Source: a virus
Lineage: Duplodnaviria > Caudoviricetes
IMG/VR virus record: IMGVR_UViG_3300012200_000001
Location: 1-64,000 of that record
Strand: one strand, 5' to 3'
DNA length: 64,000 nucleotides
The position numbers were made by a program, and so were the translations under genes. The notes beneath the pieces were generated by a model, which saw only the letters and a list, made by a program, of their open reading frames with translations, searched no databases and was not told where the DNA came from. Positions 52,447-61,500 of this stretch are shown one piece after another. Numbering within the stretch: the stretch's first letter is position 1; the number at the start of each line of letters is the position of its first letter.

Positions 52447-54621
52447 TTGCCTGCCGGGGGGATGGAATACACCTTCTTCTTTGCGTGGGTGCCGCCTGGT
52501 ACGCCATGGGATGTTTCGCTCGCGCGCTTCGACGAAAACATATTTGATTTAGAGATCAATCACGCCGAAGGTCAAATCCCCGAGGCCGTAGTCGAGATCG
52601 AGAATCCCCAGATTGGTCTTATTAACCCGGGCCGACAATACTGGGCATGGATCTCGTTCTCTTACGAAGCGTGTGGTCCACTTCCATTGTTCTACGGGCG
52701 GCTCGTTGGCATACCCGAGGATTTAACAGGGACCACGATCAAAATGAAGTTCACCGCGCGTGACGCGAATTACATCTATCAGAAGCAGCAGGTGGCACGC
52801 TCTCTTAAGAAACTTCCGAATTATGATGCACTCTGCTTCGAAACGTCAAAGCGCGACGATCCCGATTCGATCCTTGAGGGTTGGTCAGCTTTATATCACG
52901 TTGACCGAGTGAACCTCCGCGTGAGCGCAAGTGACATTCTAGTCGGGGAGGACGGCACCATTACCTTTGCGGCTCGGGATGTGTTTTACGATAGTTTAAA
53001 TTTTAGGATTCTCCAATCGCCGCTGGTCGCGATCAACGTCAAGATGGAGGTGCAGTGGGCGCAACAATATCGTGGCGCGTTTCAGGTCGGGCAATGGGCC
53101 TGGCCGACATTGGGCTCGGACCCATTCGTCGGAGAATGGCCGAAGAGCGGGTCAGGGCTGGGCGGTGGTTGGTCCGCTGGGGTCGCCTGGGCAGGAGAGC
53201 GAGACCCAAGCATCGAGCAAGCAGCATTGTTGCAACTAAAGCCGCAGGTGGCATCGATTTCGTATCAATGGACGAACACGGCGAAGACGCACCGGGAAGG
53301 CGACACGATGTCGATCAGTATCAATTCCACACCGCCGTGGGGCAATACAATCGTATTAAAATCAGAAACTCAAATGGGCTTGCTCGACCCCAACGCCGTA
53401 GACGGATATGGGGACCCGGCTCCGGTTAACAGACCAGCCAAACAGTCGGTTGATTGGTTCTGCTATCGCACCTTCGCGCTCAACTTTCTGGGCAAACAAT
53501 CGCTGGCGACCCTCAGTCTTATCTACGCGGCGGATCGGAAGCGCTCAGAGCGACTAGAAATGACCATCGCGGCGGATGTGCAGCCGGTACTCATCGATCC
53601 GACCGTCATCGAGGATACCGAACAGATCACGCTCAAGAGCGGCGACCTCTCACTGCCCCTCATCGATTACCAAAATTGGGACAGCGTCGGAATGGGCGGT
53701 TCCGTCACACAGGGATTAATCGTTTTTCCCGACAACCCGCTGGTGCCGGGACAGACATCGTCGCAGATCGCCTTGAACTCCGGCACCACTGGAATGGTGC
53801 AGCCGACGTTCTCCAACATCGCGGGGCAGACTACCGTCGATGGCAGCGTCACCTGGGTCAGTCTCGGCGAGACGCAGCCAACTGAGGCAGCACAGGACTG
53901 GGTAAAGCTGGCGCGCGTGCCGCTCGGGGCGCTATTGCTCCCGAAGCCGGTTTCGGGGGTGCCCAACTTTGATTCGGTCAAAATTCCAGGTCAGCTCAAT
54001 TTTCCGCCAACCGGGACCGGCGTGCCCCTCTTCAGCATATTCAGCGCGGGTGGTGGCGGCCCCGGCGATACGATGTACGAATGCAGCAGTGCAGGCATGC
54101 TGGGCGGGAGCGGGCCACAAGCAAGTTTCCGGAACTTCCACAACCCGACCGGGGCGTTTCTATATATTTCGATTCAAGCGGGCACGACGGGGCAATTTCA
54201 CATCAGCTTTCCTGAGACATCGGGCAGTCAAGTAACCGACGGTTCAGTGATCTGGCAATGCATTGGGCCCGTGGAGCTGCCGATTGGCGGCTCGCCGGGA
54301 ATGACGCCAGCCGCCAGCTACTTTTCAACCGACCGCGGGCGGCAGACCATATTGCATGGGTTTTGCAGAGCCCGCGCCAAGCTGCGCAAACGAGCACGAG
54401 CGGTGGAGGTCGCCTTTGATACGCGCTTTGAGGTTGCGGCTCAACTCTCGTGTCGAATGAATGGCGCGCTCAGCGATGTCCGACTCCCGGGCGGCAAAGC
54501 TTGGGGCAAAGTGATCTCATACAAGCTCAAGGCCAATGGAGACAGCGGAGTAGTCAACGGCACCGTTGTCCTTGGCTGCGGTATAGGTCAGAACAACATC
54601 GCTCCGGGGTTGCTGGCATGA
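52447..54621 (+). CDS. Tail tip / baseplate hub protein
   Basis: Follows Dit; LFYGRLVGIP, W..GK.I.Y.L. Confidence 0.65.
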   Translation: MPAGGMEYTFFFAWVPPGTPWDVSLARFDENIFDLEINHAEGQIPEAVVEIENPQIGLINPGRQYWAWISFSYEACGPLPLFYGRLVGIPEDLTGTTIKMKFTARDANYIYQKQQVARSLKKLPNYDALCFETSKRDDPDSILEGWSALYHVDRVNLRVSASDILVGEDGTITFAARDVFYDSLNFRILQSPLVAINVKMEVQWAQQYRGAFQVGQWAWPTLGSDPFVGEWPKSGSGLGGGWSAGVAWAGERDPSIEQAALLQLKPQVASISYQWTNTAKTHREGDTMSISINSTPPWGNTIVLKSETQMGLLDPNAVDGYGDPAPVNRPAKQSVDWFCYRTFALNFLGKQSLATLSLIYAADRKRSERLEMTIAADVQPVLIDPTVIEDTEQITLKSGDLSLPLIDYQNWDSVGMGGSVTQGLIVFPDNPLVPGQTSSQIALNSGTTGMVQPTFSNIAGQTTVDGSVTWVSLGETQPTEAAQDWVKLARVPLGALLLPKPVSGVPNFDSVKIPGQLNFPPTGTGVPLFSIFSAGGGGPGDTMYECSSAGMLGGSGPQASFRNFHNPTGAFLYISIQAGTTGQFHISFPETSGSQVTDGSVIWQCIGPVELPIGGSPGMTPAASYFSTDRGRQTILHGFCRARAKLRKRARAVEVAFDTRFEVAAQLSCRMNGALSDVRLPGGKAWGKVISYKLKANGDSGVVNGTVVLGCGIGQNNIAPGLLA

Positions 54622-55361
54622 GTCCTCCGCTGACCGATCCAGGTGTTCCTTCCTACGTAGGCATAGCGGGGCCAACGAATGGTTACGTGAAGCGTGGATA
54701 TCAAAAATATTACAGCACAGGGACCACGCTGACACCGGGAGAGCCGGGCTATCAGCCGCCGGGCACGCCGCCCCAGCAGGGCGTTCCCTTTACTCCTCCA
54801 CCGACGCCCGGAGCCATTGGCGGCGGCATCACGGAGCAGTGGCCGACTGTACCGCCCACGCTTCCCCCGGAGACGTGCCCGCCGCTGAACTCCGTTTGGT
54901 CATCGGGGCCGACCGAGCCCAGTGCGGATCAGATCGGTTACACGCCGCCTGTCAGCAATCCAAACGACGACGGCCTCACTTTCCCAGTATCATTTTCAGA
55001 CGTGCGTCTGAAGCAAGAGTGGCACGGCGTCGCGTCAACGATAAACCCAGTCAACCTTACAATCTACCAGCGGCAACTGGACCAAATCGTCCACGACGCG
55101 GTCGCTTCGGCCAACAGCAGCAAACAGATGAACTTCCCCTCCGTCGGCGGCACCGCAACGGGAACGATCAATGTTCCCGTTTCGCCTTTCTATGATATCC
55201 AGGTCGCCGTTGAGATGGCGGTCCTAAAAGAGATGCTGCAGGGAACAGGCCTTTGGTTCGAGCTGGTGCTCAAGCCGCTTACGAATGGACCGTTCGCGAA
55301 CTATTACGTGGTCGACACTACCCCGCTGCAGATTCCGATGGGCATCAATTTGTCCGCATGA
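54618..55361 (+). CDS. Pro-rich tail-tip protein
   Basis: ATGA overlap; operon position. Confidence 0.6.
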   Translation: MSPPLTDPGVPSYVGIAGPTNGYVKRGYQKYYSTGTTLTPGEPGYQPPGTPPQQGVPFTPPPTPGAIGGGITEQWPTVPPTLPPETCPPLNSVWSSGPTEPSADQIGYTPPVSNPNDDGLTFPVSFSDVRLKQEWHGVASTINPVNLTIYQRQLDQIVHDAVASANSSKQMNFPSVGGTATGTINVPVSPFYDIQVAVEMAVLKEMLQGTGLWFELVLKPLTNGPFANYYVVDTTPLQIPMGINLSA

Positions 55362-55370
55362 GATGAAATC

Positions 55371-55598
55371 ATGCCGCTTGATGATACTGTACGTGCCTAT
55401 CAGCTACCGACGCCCGCACCGGCACAGTTATATTTGTCGCAATACAATCTCGCGACCAATGCGCCAGTTTACATCACGCCGGGATTCGGTGGTTCAGGCG
55501 GTGGTCAACTGCCGCCGATCCAGACCGGATCGGCACACTACGACATAACAATAACTTCGTACATGGAGCAGGCCGCAGTAGAGGCACGGGAGCAATAA
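55371..55598 (+). CDS. Small tail-associated protein
   Basis: Operon position. Confidence 0.6.
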   Translation: MPLDDTVRAYQLPTPAPAQLYLSQYNLATNAPVYITPGFGGSGGGQLPPIQTGSAHYDITITSYMEQAAVEAREQ

Positions 55599-55599
55599 G

Positions 55600-56703
55600 G
55601 TGGCCTACAGATTCCGCACGCCCGGTCCATGGGGTCCCGGAGAAGCAGAAGACTTACCCCCAGATGCGATTGACGGTAATTTCTGGCAAGCGATCCAGGA
55701 TATCGCGGCCAAGGCGGTCGCGGGCGTCGGCATCGCCAACTTCGTCGTGTCAGGCAATCAGTTCACGGTGGTCTTGACCGACCACACGCTATTAGGACCA
55801 TACACACTCCCGGTAGTATTGCCGAAATTCAAGGGCGAGTGGCTGCCAGACTATAATTACCTCGCCGGGGATATCATCTCACACGCCGGAATCACCTATG
55901 GCATTAACGTCAATCATCTCAGTGAGGCGACTTTCGACCCGGGCGCAAATACGGATGGGAACGATTGGTATACGGTACTGTTGGAAAACCCAGCCCTAAT
56001 CATCCCAGCCGGTGGTGCCGCTGGGGCTTTCCTACGGAAGATCACGCTCGCCGACTACGACTTCACCTGGACAACGGCGGCCCTCGCCGATTTGACGGAT
56101 GTCTCTCTGCCGATTTCTCCCGGTCCGGCTTCGGGCGACGTGTTGACCTTTTCCGGCGGCTTATGGACGGCGGCTCCCCTTTCGGCGATGGAGTTGTTGC
56201 TCTCGCAGCTAGGCGACGTGGACGTATTGGAGTCGCCGTCACCGACAACCGGCCAACTGTTGACGTGGAACGGAACGGCGTGGACGAATGATGATCCAGC
56301 ATTTCAGCCCACGATAACCGCCCCGACGGCAGGTCAGCTGCTGACGTACGAGGCGGGCGCGTGGAAAAATACGAACACCGCAAACATTCCGGTCTTAGCT
56401 GGCGTCAACGTATTCGGTTCACTCACACTCGACTATTCACAGGGGTCTGTGCAGCGCGTCACTATGACCAACGGCGTCACACTAAGCGGCATCACGAACT
56501 GGCCCGCCGCAGGACAATTTGGACGGCTCGTGCTGGAAGTGCGCAACACCGGAGCCTACACATGGACGTGGCCTACCACATACAAATGGCCGGGAGGTGC
56601 TGATCCGGTGGTGTCGGTCAGCGGCAGGGACATCTTTGCGCTCACCACCTTCGATGGCGGTTCAACCGTGGACGGCAGCGTCATCGGACAAAACTATTTA
56701 TAG
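55600..56703 (+). CDS. Tail fibre protein
   Basis: Repeated L..L.DV...G..LT(W/F).G..W units; C-terminal WPGG..P..S..G.DI...T.DGG...G..QNY. Confidence 0.75.
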   Translation: MAYRFRTPGPWGPGEAEDLPPDAIDGNFWQAIQDIAAKAVAGVGIANFVVSGNQFTVVLTDHTLLGPYTLPVVLPKFKGEWLPDYNYLAGDIISHAGITYGINVNHLSEATFDPGANTDGNDWYTVLLENPALIIPAGGAAGAFLRKITLADYDFTWTTAALADLTDVSLPISPGPASGDVLTFSGGLWTAAPLSAMELLLSQLGDVDVLESPSPTTGQLLTWNGTAWTNDDPAFQPTITAPTAGQLLTYEAGAWKNTNTANIPVLAGVNVFGSLTLDYSQGSVQRVTMTNGVTLSGITNWPAAGQFGRLVLEVRNTGAYTWTWPTTYKWPGGADPVVSVSGRDIFALTTFDGGSTVDGSVIGQNYL

Positions 56704-56718
56704 ACATGCGGGGCTGAT

Positions 56719-57159
56719 ATGGCGGTAGGTGGAAAAGGTCAGATATTCGACAATGATCTGTTGAAGCTCATTTTCAACGCAACCCCTATCGCCCAAATCG
56801 CGGACAACGCCGCAGTTTCGGCCCTGACAAACTTGTATTTCAGTTTGCACACTGGAGATCCCGGCATCGGCGGCAACCAGACAACGCTGGAGGCCGCGTA
56901 CACCAGTTACACTCGTGTCGCAGTGGCACGGACCGCCAGCGGATTCGTCGTAACAGGCAACAGCGCCGTGCTGGCCGGTCCTGTGGCATTTCCGACGCCG
57001 AGCGGTGGTGCCGGGGAGATGGATACATTTTTTGCGGTCGGCACGGCAGGCAGCGGTACTGGCAAAATCCTGTACCGAGGGCCGATCACGCCCATCGTTA
57101 CGGTCGTTGTGGGATTGGCTCCGGTACTCACCACAGGCACGACGATCACGGAGAACTGA
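56719..57159 (+). CDS. Conserved virion fibre-base-like protein
   Basis: LL.LIFN...NLY.SLHT.DPG..G.QTT.E..YT.Y.RVAV.R. Confidence 0.75.
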   Translation: MAVGGKGQIFDNDLLKLIFNATPIAQIADNAAVSALTNLYFSLHTGDPGIGGNQTTLEAAYTSYTRVAVARTASGFVVTGNSAVLAGPVAFPTPSGGAGEMDTFFAVGTAGSGTGKILYRGPITPIVTVVVGLAPVLTTGTTITEN

Positions 57160-57162
57160 CAA

Positions 57163-58224
57163 ATGGCGTGGTTGGTAGGCGACGGTTTTGATTTTTACAA
57201 CGCCGCGGGCGACGTCGCATTGAACTCGGGAGTCTGGGCAGTAGAAACAAACTGCACCCTGCAACCATTTGGGACGTCGCGATTTGGGGCCGGGAATTGG
57301 ATGACGTTGGGAAACCTCGGCTCCACAGCCGGAAACTTAGGGACAGCAGCGTTTGCAAATAGCACAACGATCTACGTGAACATGAACATCATCTCGAATC
57401 AGGCTCATGTGGGCGGCGGCACCACGCAGTGCGTGGGTTTCACCTGGCGGGACGGTGCTTCTATCCAGGGCGGTCTTTTCTTACGCAATGGCGGAGACTT
57501 CGTCGTCACCAGCGGCGATAAAGGGAGCGCCGTGCTGGCCACGTCAAGCGTGTTAATTCCGGTGGTCAATGTGTGGCACCACATACAAGCCAAGATCGTC
57601 GTCAACAACGCGACCGGGACTGTCGATCTTCGCCTGGACGGTCACACGTCAGCGGATTTTAGTTCCGGGAGCATCAACACCCGCAACGGCACAGCCAACG
57701 CCTATGCCAACGTCATCAACATTACCTCAACAAGCCCCAGCCTCGATGGCGTCGACGATTTCTACGCATTCAACGATCAAGGTGCGGCCCCGAACACATG
57801 GCAGGGGGACGTGCGCGCCGTGCAACAGGTGCCGAACACGGACAGCGCGATTACCTGGACGCGCAACACCGGCCCGAATAATTGCTTAACGGTCGACGAT
57901 CTGAGACAAGACGGCGACACGACGTACGTATCAACGAATGTCGTGAACAACGTGGACACCTACGCGCTCGCGGCGCTGGCGACAACTCCTTCTGTGGTTG
58001 TTGCAGTGGTGCTTAAATATATAGCCCGTATGGACGACTCCGGGCCACATACAGTGACCGCTCAGCTCACCAGCGGTGGAACGACGGTTACTCTGCCAGA
58101 TTACAGCACCACGAGTAGCTATGCTTACCAACAGGCCGTGTACACCACTGATCCGAACACGTCTGCGGCTTGGTCGGCAGCGGCGGTGAATGCGGCCTTA
58201 ATCAGCCTCAAAGACGTTCTGTAA
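57163..58224 (+). CDS. Concanavalin/LamG-like virion protein (paralogue of 39149-40186)
   Basis: DGFD.Y...WHHIQAK...VDDFY...PNTD...DGDTTYV. Confidence 0.65.
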   Translation: MAWLVGDGFDFYNAAGDVALNSGVWAVETNCTLQPFGTSRFGAGNWMTLGNLGSTAGNLGTAAFANSTTIYVNMNIISNQAHVGGGTTQCVGFTWRDGASIQGGLFLRNGGDFVVTSGDKGSAVLATSSVLIPVVNVWHHIQAKIVVNNATGTVDLRLDGHTSADFSSGSINTRNGTANAYANVINITSTSPSLDGVDDFYAFNDQGAAPNTWQGDVRAVQQVPNTDSAITWTRNTGPNNCLTVDDLRQDGDTTYVSTNVVNNVDTYALAALATTPSVVVAVVLKYIARMDDSGPHTVTAQLTSGGTTVTLPDYSTTSSYAYQQAVYTTDPNTSAAWSAAAVNAALISLKDVL

Positions 58225-58227
58225 GAA

Positions 58228-58545
58228 ATGGCAATCCGCGTCACCCAGGTCGGCAACGAAGTCTGGGTTGTCAATCCCAGCAAAATTCGTGTCACCCAAG
58301 TTGGCAATGAAGTCTGGCTCATCCCCACCGGGGGCAAAATCCGTGTCACCCAGGTCGGACTCGAAGTCTGGCGCTCCGTTGCAAACGAGCCACTGACCAT
58401 CACGGGCCACGCGGACGGAGTGGCCCGGGCCTTCGCCTACACGCCCTTTACCTACCCGGTGGAAGGGCACGCGGACGGATATGCGACTGCTCAGGAAACG
58501 TCCGGAGTAAAGTGGTCAGCCATCATGGTCGTCATGGGCGTCTGA
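58228..58545 (+). CDS. Protein with three IRVTQVGxEVW repeats
   Basis: Repeats read directly; also two GHADG.A.A units. Confidence 0.75.
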   Translation: MAIRVTQVGNEVWVVNPSKIRVTQVGNEVWLIPTGGKIRVTQVGLEVWRSVANEPLTITGHADGVARAFAYTPFTYPVEGHADGYATAQETSGVKWSAIMVVMGV

Positions 58546-58546
58546 A

Positions 58547-59479
58547 ATGGCTGACAGCAAGCGCAAGGCCCACGTCAAACGTATCTATAAGATAGTCACC
58601 GATCCTGACACCAAGGAGGAGTTTCTCAGCACCGACATCTTTGTAGACGTGCTCAGAATCGACGAGCTTCTCGTCAACTTTCAGAGCACGGACGATGAAA
58701 GACTCGGGCAAATCATCAAATACGTTTTGAAGTGGAATGACGACAAAGACAATCCGCTCGACAATATCGACGCTAGCGCCGCGGACATCCAATTTGAGAA
58801 CGCCAACGCCAAGCGCAAGACCGAAAAACGCAGAATAGTCGATCCGGGCGTCAAGACGGACAAGACCCCCCTGCCTGAGGGCAGCTCTGAGAGTGCCACC
58901 TCAACCGAGGACAACGACCTTTACCTTTGGATTATGAAGAGAGTGAAAATAATGATGCCGCGGGGGGAGGTTACCGGACGAGAAGATCAAATCGTTCAAT
59001 TCGTGTTCAACAACCGTCCTTTATTCGATGATAGCGAAGGGCCCCCGAGCAATCGAACGACCAGCGTGATCAAGGTCGTCAACAACGATCTCGGCGGCAT
59101 GAAAATGGCGACCGAACCGCAGGCCGATGGGGACGGTGCTGATGAGGATCCGCAAGCGATTGTTCGTGATTGGGATACCTACAGGAAGGCTCTAGAGGAC
59201 GGCAAGACCGACAAAGATGACGAGTTATATCTCACCGTGGAATTTACGGACAACTTTACGGTTAACTTTGGTGCCGATGCGGAGAGAGGGTTAGAAGCTC
59301 AGGGCATCAAACACGTCCTGGGAAATAACCGGGCCATAGAGGACATGTTTGCGAAGGGCGACCCAAAGGCTCTGGATCTCGATGGAAAATCAGCCCTAAT
59401 TCGGCTCGATCCACTTCAGCTTATCGTCAACGTGGGTTCAAACATCATCGCTGTTGAGTTTAAGCCTGAGGCCGAGTGA
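58547..59479 (+). CDS. Hypothetical tail-region protein with three degenerate internal repeats
   Basis: R..(.)..RI ... V.F ... Q ... N units. Confidence 0.6.
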   Translation: MADSKRKAHVKRIYKIVTDPDTKEEFLSTDIFVDVLRIDELLVNFQSTDDERLGQIIKYVLKWNDDKDNPLDNIDASAADIQFENANAKRKTEKRRIVDPGVKTDKTPLPEGSSESATSTEDNDLYLWIMKRVKIMMPRGEVTGREDQIVQFVFNNRPLFDDSEGPPSNRTTSVIKVVNNDLGGMKMATEPQADGDGADEDPQAIVRDWDTYRKALEDGKTDKDDELYLTVEFTDNFTVNFGADAERGLEAQGIKHVLGNNRAIEDMFAKGDPKALDLDGKSALIRLDPLQLIVNVGSNIIAVEFKPEAE

Positions 59480-59480
59480 C

Positions 59481-61280
59481 ATGGCCTACGAATATGTGGC
59501 CCCCGTGAAAGTGGCGGACGCAAGCAAGATCACTCTTTCTACGTGGGTCTATATCAGCAAAGAGGCGGTTGCTGCCCAGGCCAAGGTTGTTGCGGCTAAG
59601 ACCCTGGACCCTCACTTTGCAAGCGATAGCGTCCGCAGCCGTATTCCCATCATGGAATTCGGCAACAGCATAGAGCCGCTCGTGGGCATTCGCATCGGAA
59701 TGAGTATGACTTGGGAGGGATATCTGGGGTTTTTTTGGTGGTATGGCTTTCTCGACGCCCCATACTTCCCGGACTACACCGCAGGATACATGATCGGCGG
59801 CAAAGGTCGGACCAGGAAGGGTTGGTTTCCTTTCGTCGGCGGCAAAGCAATAGCTTCTGTCGATTACTCAGAGGAGTGGAAGAACGTCAATTTCGTCTTC
59901 CTTGGAACGGCAGCCTCCGGCGTCGGTACTGACTTTTACTACATGCCCCCAGGCACCGTGCTCCCACCCATCCACCCAACCGTACGGTATGACGGTTTTG
60001 ACGACACGGGAATCCTTCCCTACAACGTCACCAACGCAGGTACGGGGGATTTTCCAGCGTATCCCGGCGGCGATCACGCCGGTAAGTTTGCGCATCCAAC
60101 GAGCTGGACTTTCCGGGGAGAGATGAAAGCTCTTGTGGTGAATGTCCCCAATCGCATATCAGTTTTGCCGAAGGACATCGTATCCGCAGCCGACGGTCTT
60201 CTCGTCGAGAGCGAAATACTTTTCAATAATTTTTGGTCCTCTCCGCTGAACTACACGATGCAACCGACCCCCACTCCGGTCATGGGAGATAAGCCCGATA
60301 TAAGAGTAGATACCGGCCCAGGCTCGGGCAAGTATTTCGCTTATGGCGACATGGTCCTCATTTTCCCGAAGCGCCCAAACGCAACCTACGCGACCGAGGA
60401 GCACGTAACAGCAATACCCTCCACGTTGTTCTACGAGGGCGAGACCATAAAATTCTTGCTAACCGGCCGTTGGCCGGAGAAGACAACACCCCAAGACGAT
60501 GAGATAGTCCCAACGCTGACCTTCTCCGCGGGAGGATTCAAAGTTGATAGCTGGAACCACATCTTCCTCACAGTCGATCTGACAACAATGGTCATCAGCG
60601 GCGGTCAAGACGATCCCGAAAAGCTGATATGGATTGACACCATAGTAGGTCCTCAACTCGTACCAGAGGGACTGCGGATACCAGAGATGGTCACGCCTCC
60701 CAAATGGGCAATGTACGTAAACGGCAAAGCGGCCACGAAAGGAACGGACCTAAATCCAAACCCTGTTGCTCAACTCACGGTCTATCCGAGCAAGAACGGT
60801 CACTGGAAATCCGAGAAGACTTTCAAGATGGCACTGAAGGATGGCCAGATCGGGCTTCCGCTCATTCCCGAGGAGATCGGCAGATACAAGACGACCGGAC
60901 CAAATCAGAAGATTGAATACGCCTACACGCACATCTGGTTCGACAAATATATCGAGCCGACAAAGGCGAACCTGTCCAAGTTCTTCTGGAAAAGTAAGAA
61001 CAAGGACTACAACTTTGTGATCCCGCCTCCGAACAAAAAGGCGGCAAGGAAGGCGTTCGGCAAACCAGACGTGTGGTTGTACCGCGATAAGGCGGGCGGC
61101 GTTGAGTGGAAGAACCTAGGAACAGCTGGGACGTTTAAGATTGTAGGTAAACCAAAAACTGTAACTGACAAAGATGAGACGGGCGCGGAGATTAAGAAAG
61201 AAGTGAAACCGCCATTCGATTACCGTCCGGGTCCGGGACAACCTAAAAGGAAAAAGACCACAACCACCGTAACCGCCTAA
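59481..61280 (+). CDS. LamG-like protein with a large insertion (candidate receptor-binding protein)
   Basis: ITLSTWVY...WNHIFLTVD...MYVNG...IWFD. Confidence 0.55.
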   Translation: MAYEYVAPVKVADASKITLSTWVYISKEAVAAQAKVVAAKTLDPHFASDSVRSRIPIMEFGNSIEPLVGIRIGMSMTWEGYLGFFWWYGFLDAPYFPDYTAGYMIGGKGRTRKGWFPFVGGKAIASVDYSEEWKNVNFVFLGTAASGVGTDFYYMPPGTVLPPIHPTVRYDGFDDTGILPYNVTNAGTGDFPAYPGGDHAGKFAHPTSWTFRGEMKALVVNVPNRISVLPKDIVSAADGLLVESEILFNNFWSSPLNYTMQPTPTPVMGDKPDIRVDTGPGSGKYFAYGDMVLIFPKRPNATYATEEHVTAIPSTLFYEGETIKFLLTGRWPEKTTPQDDEIVPTLTFSAGGFKVDSWNHIFLTVDLTTMVISGGQDDPEKLIWIDTIVGPQLVPEGLRIPEMVTPPKWAMYVNGKAATKGTDLNPNPVAQLTVYPSKNGHWKSEKTFKMALKDGQIGLPLIPEEIGRYKTTGPNQKIEYAYTHIWFDKYIEPTKANLSKFFWKSKNKDYNFVIPPPNKKAARKAFGKPDVWLYRDKAGGVEWKNLGTAGTFKIVGKPKTVTDKDETGAEIKKEVKPPFDYRPGPGQPKRKKTTTTVTA

Positions 61281-61290
61281 AGAGGTTGTC

Positions 61291-61500
61291 GTGACAACAG
61301 TATTCCTAGTGACAGCGGATCAAATCCCGATACTCGTGTTTTCTACAATGAGCGCTGCCCAGCGGTTCTGCTCGACGCGACCAGATTTAAAATATCATGA
61401 GTTCACGGTGTTGGAAGAATCGCGTGCTGTAGCAGAAGGTGAATGCCCGGAAACAGCATGTCCAGGACGGATGGCCGCTGGGTTACATTCACTGCCATGA
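61291..61500 (+). CDS. Small hypothetical protein
   Basis: GAGG SD, GTG start, ATGA overlap with next. Confidence 0.5.
   Translation: MTTVFLVTADQIPILVFSTMSAAQRFCSTRPDLKYHEFTVLEESRAVAEGECPETACPGRMAAGLHSLP

Noticed and set aside
39149-58224. Lectin paralogues or repeats as DGR template/variable regions
   Set aside because: No reverse transcriptase in the window; divergence is general rather than adenine-specific
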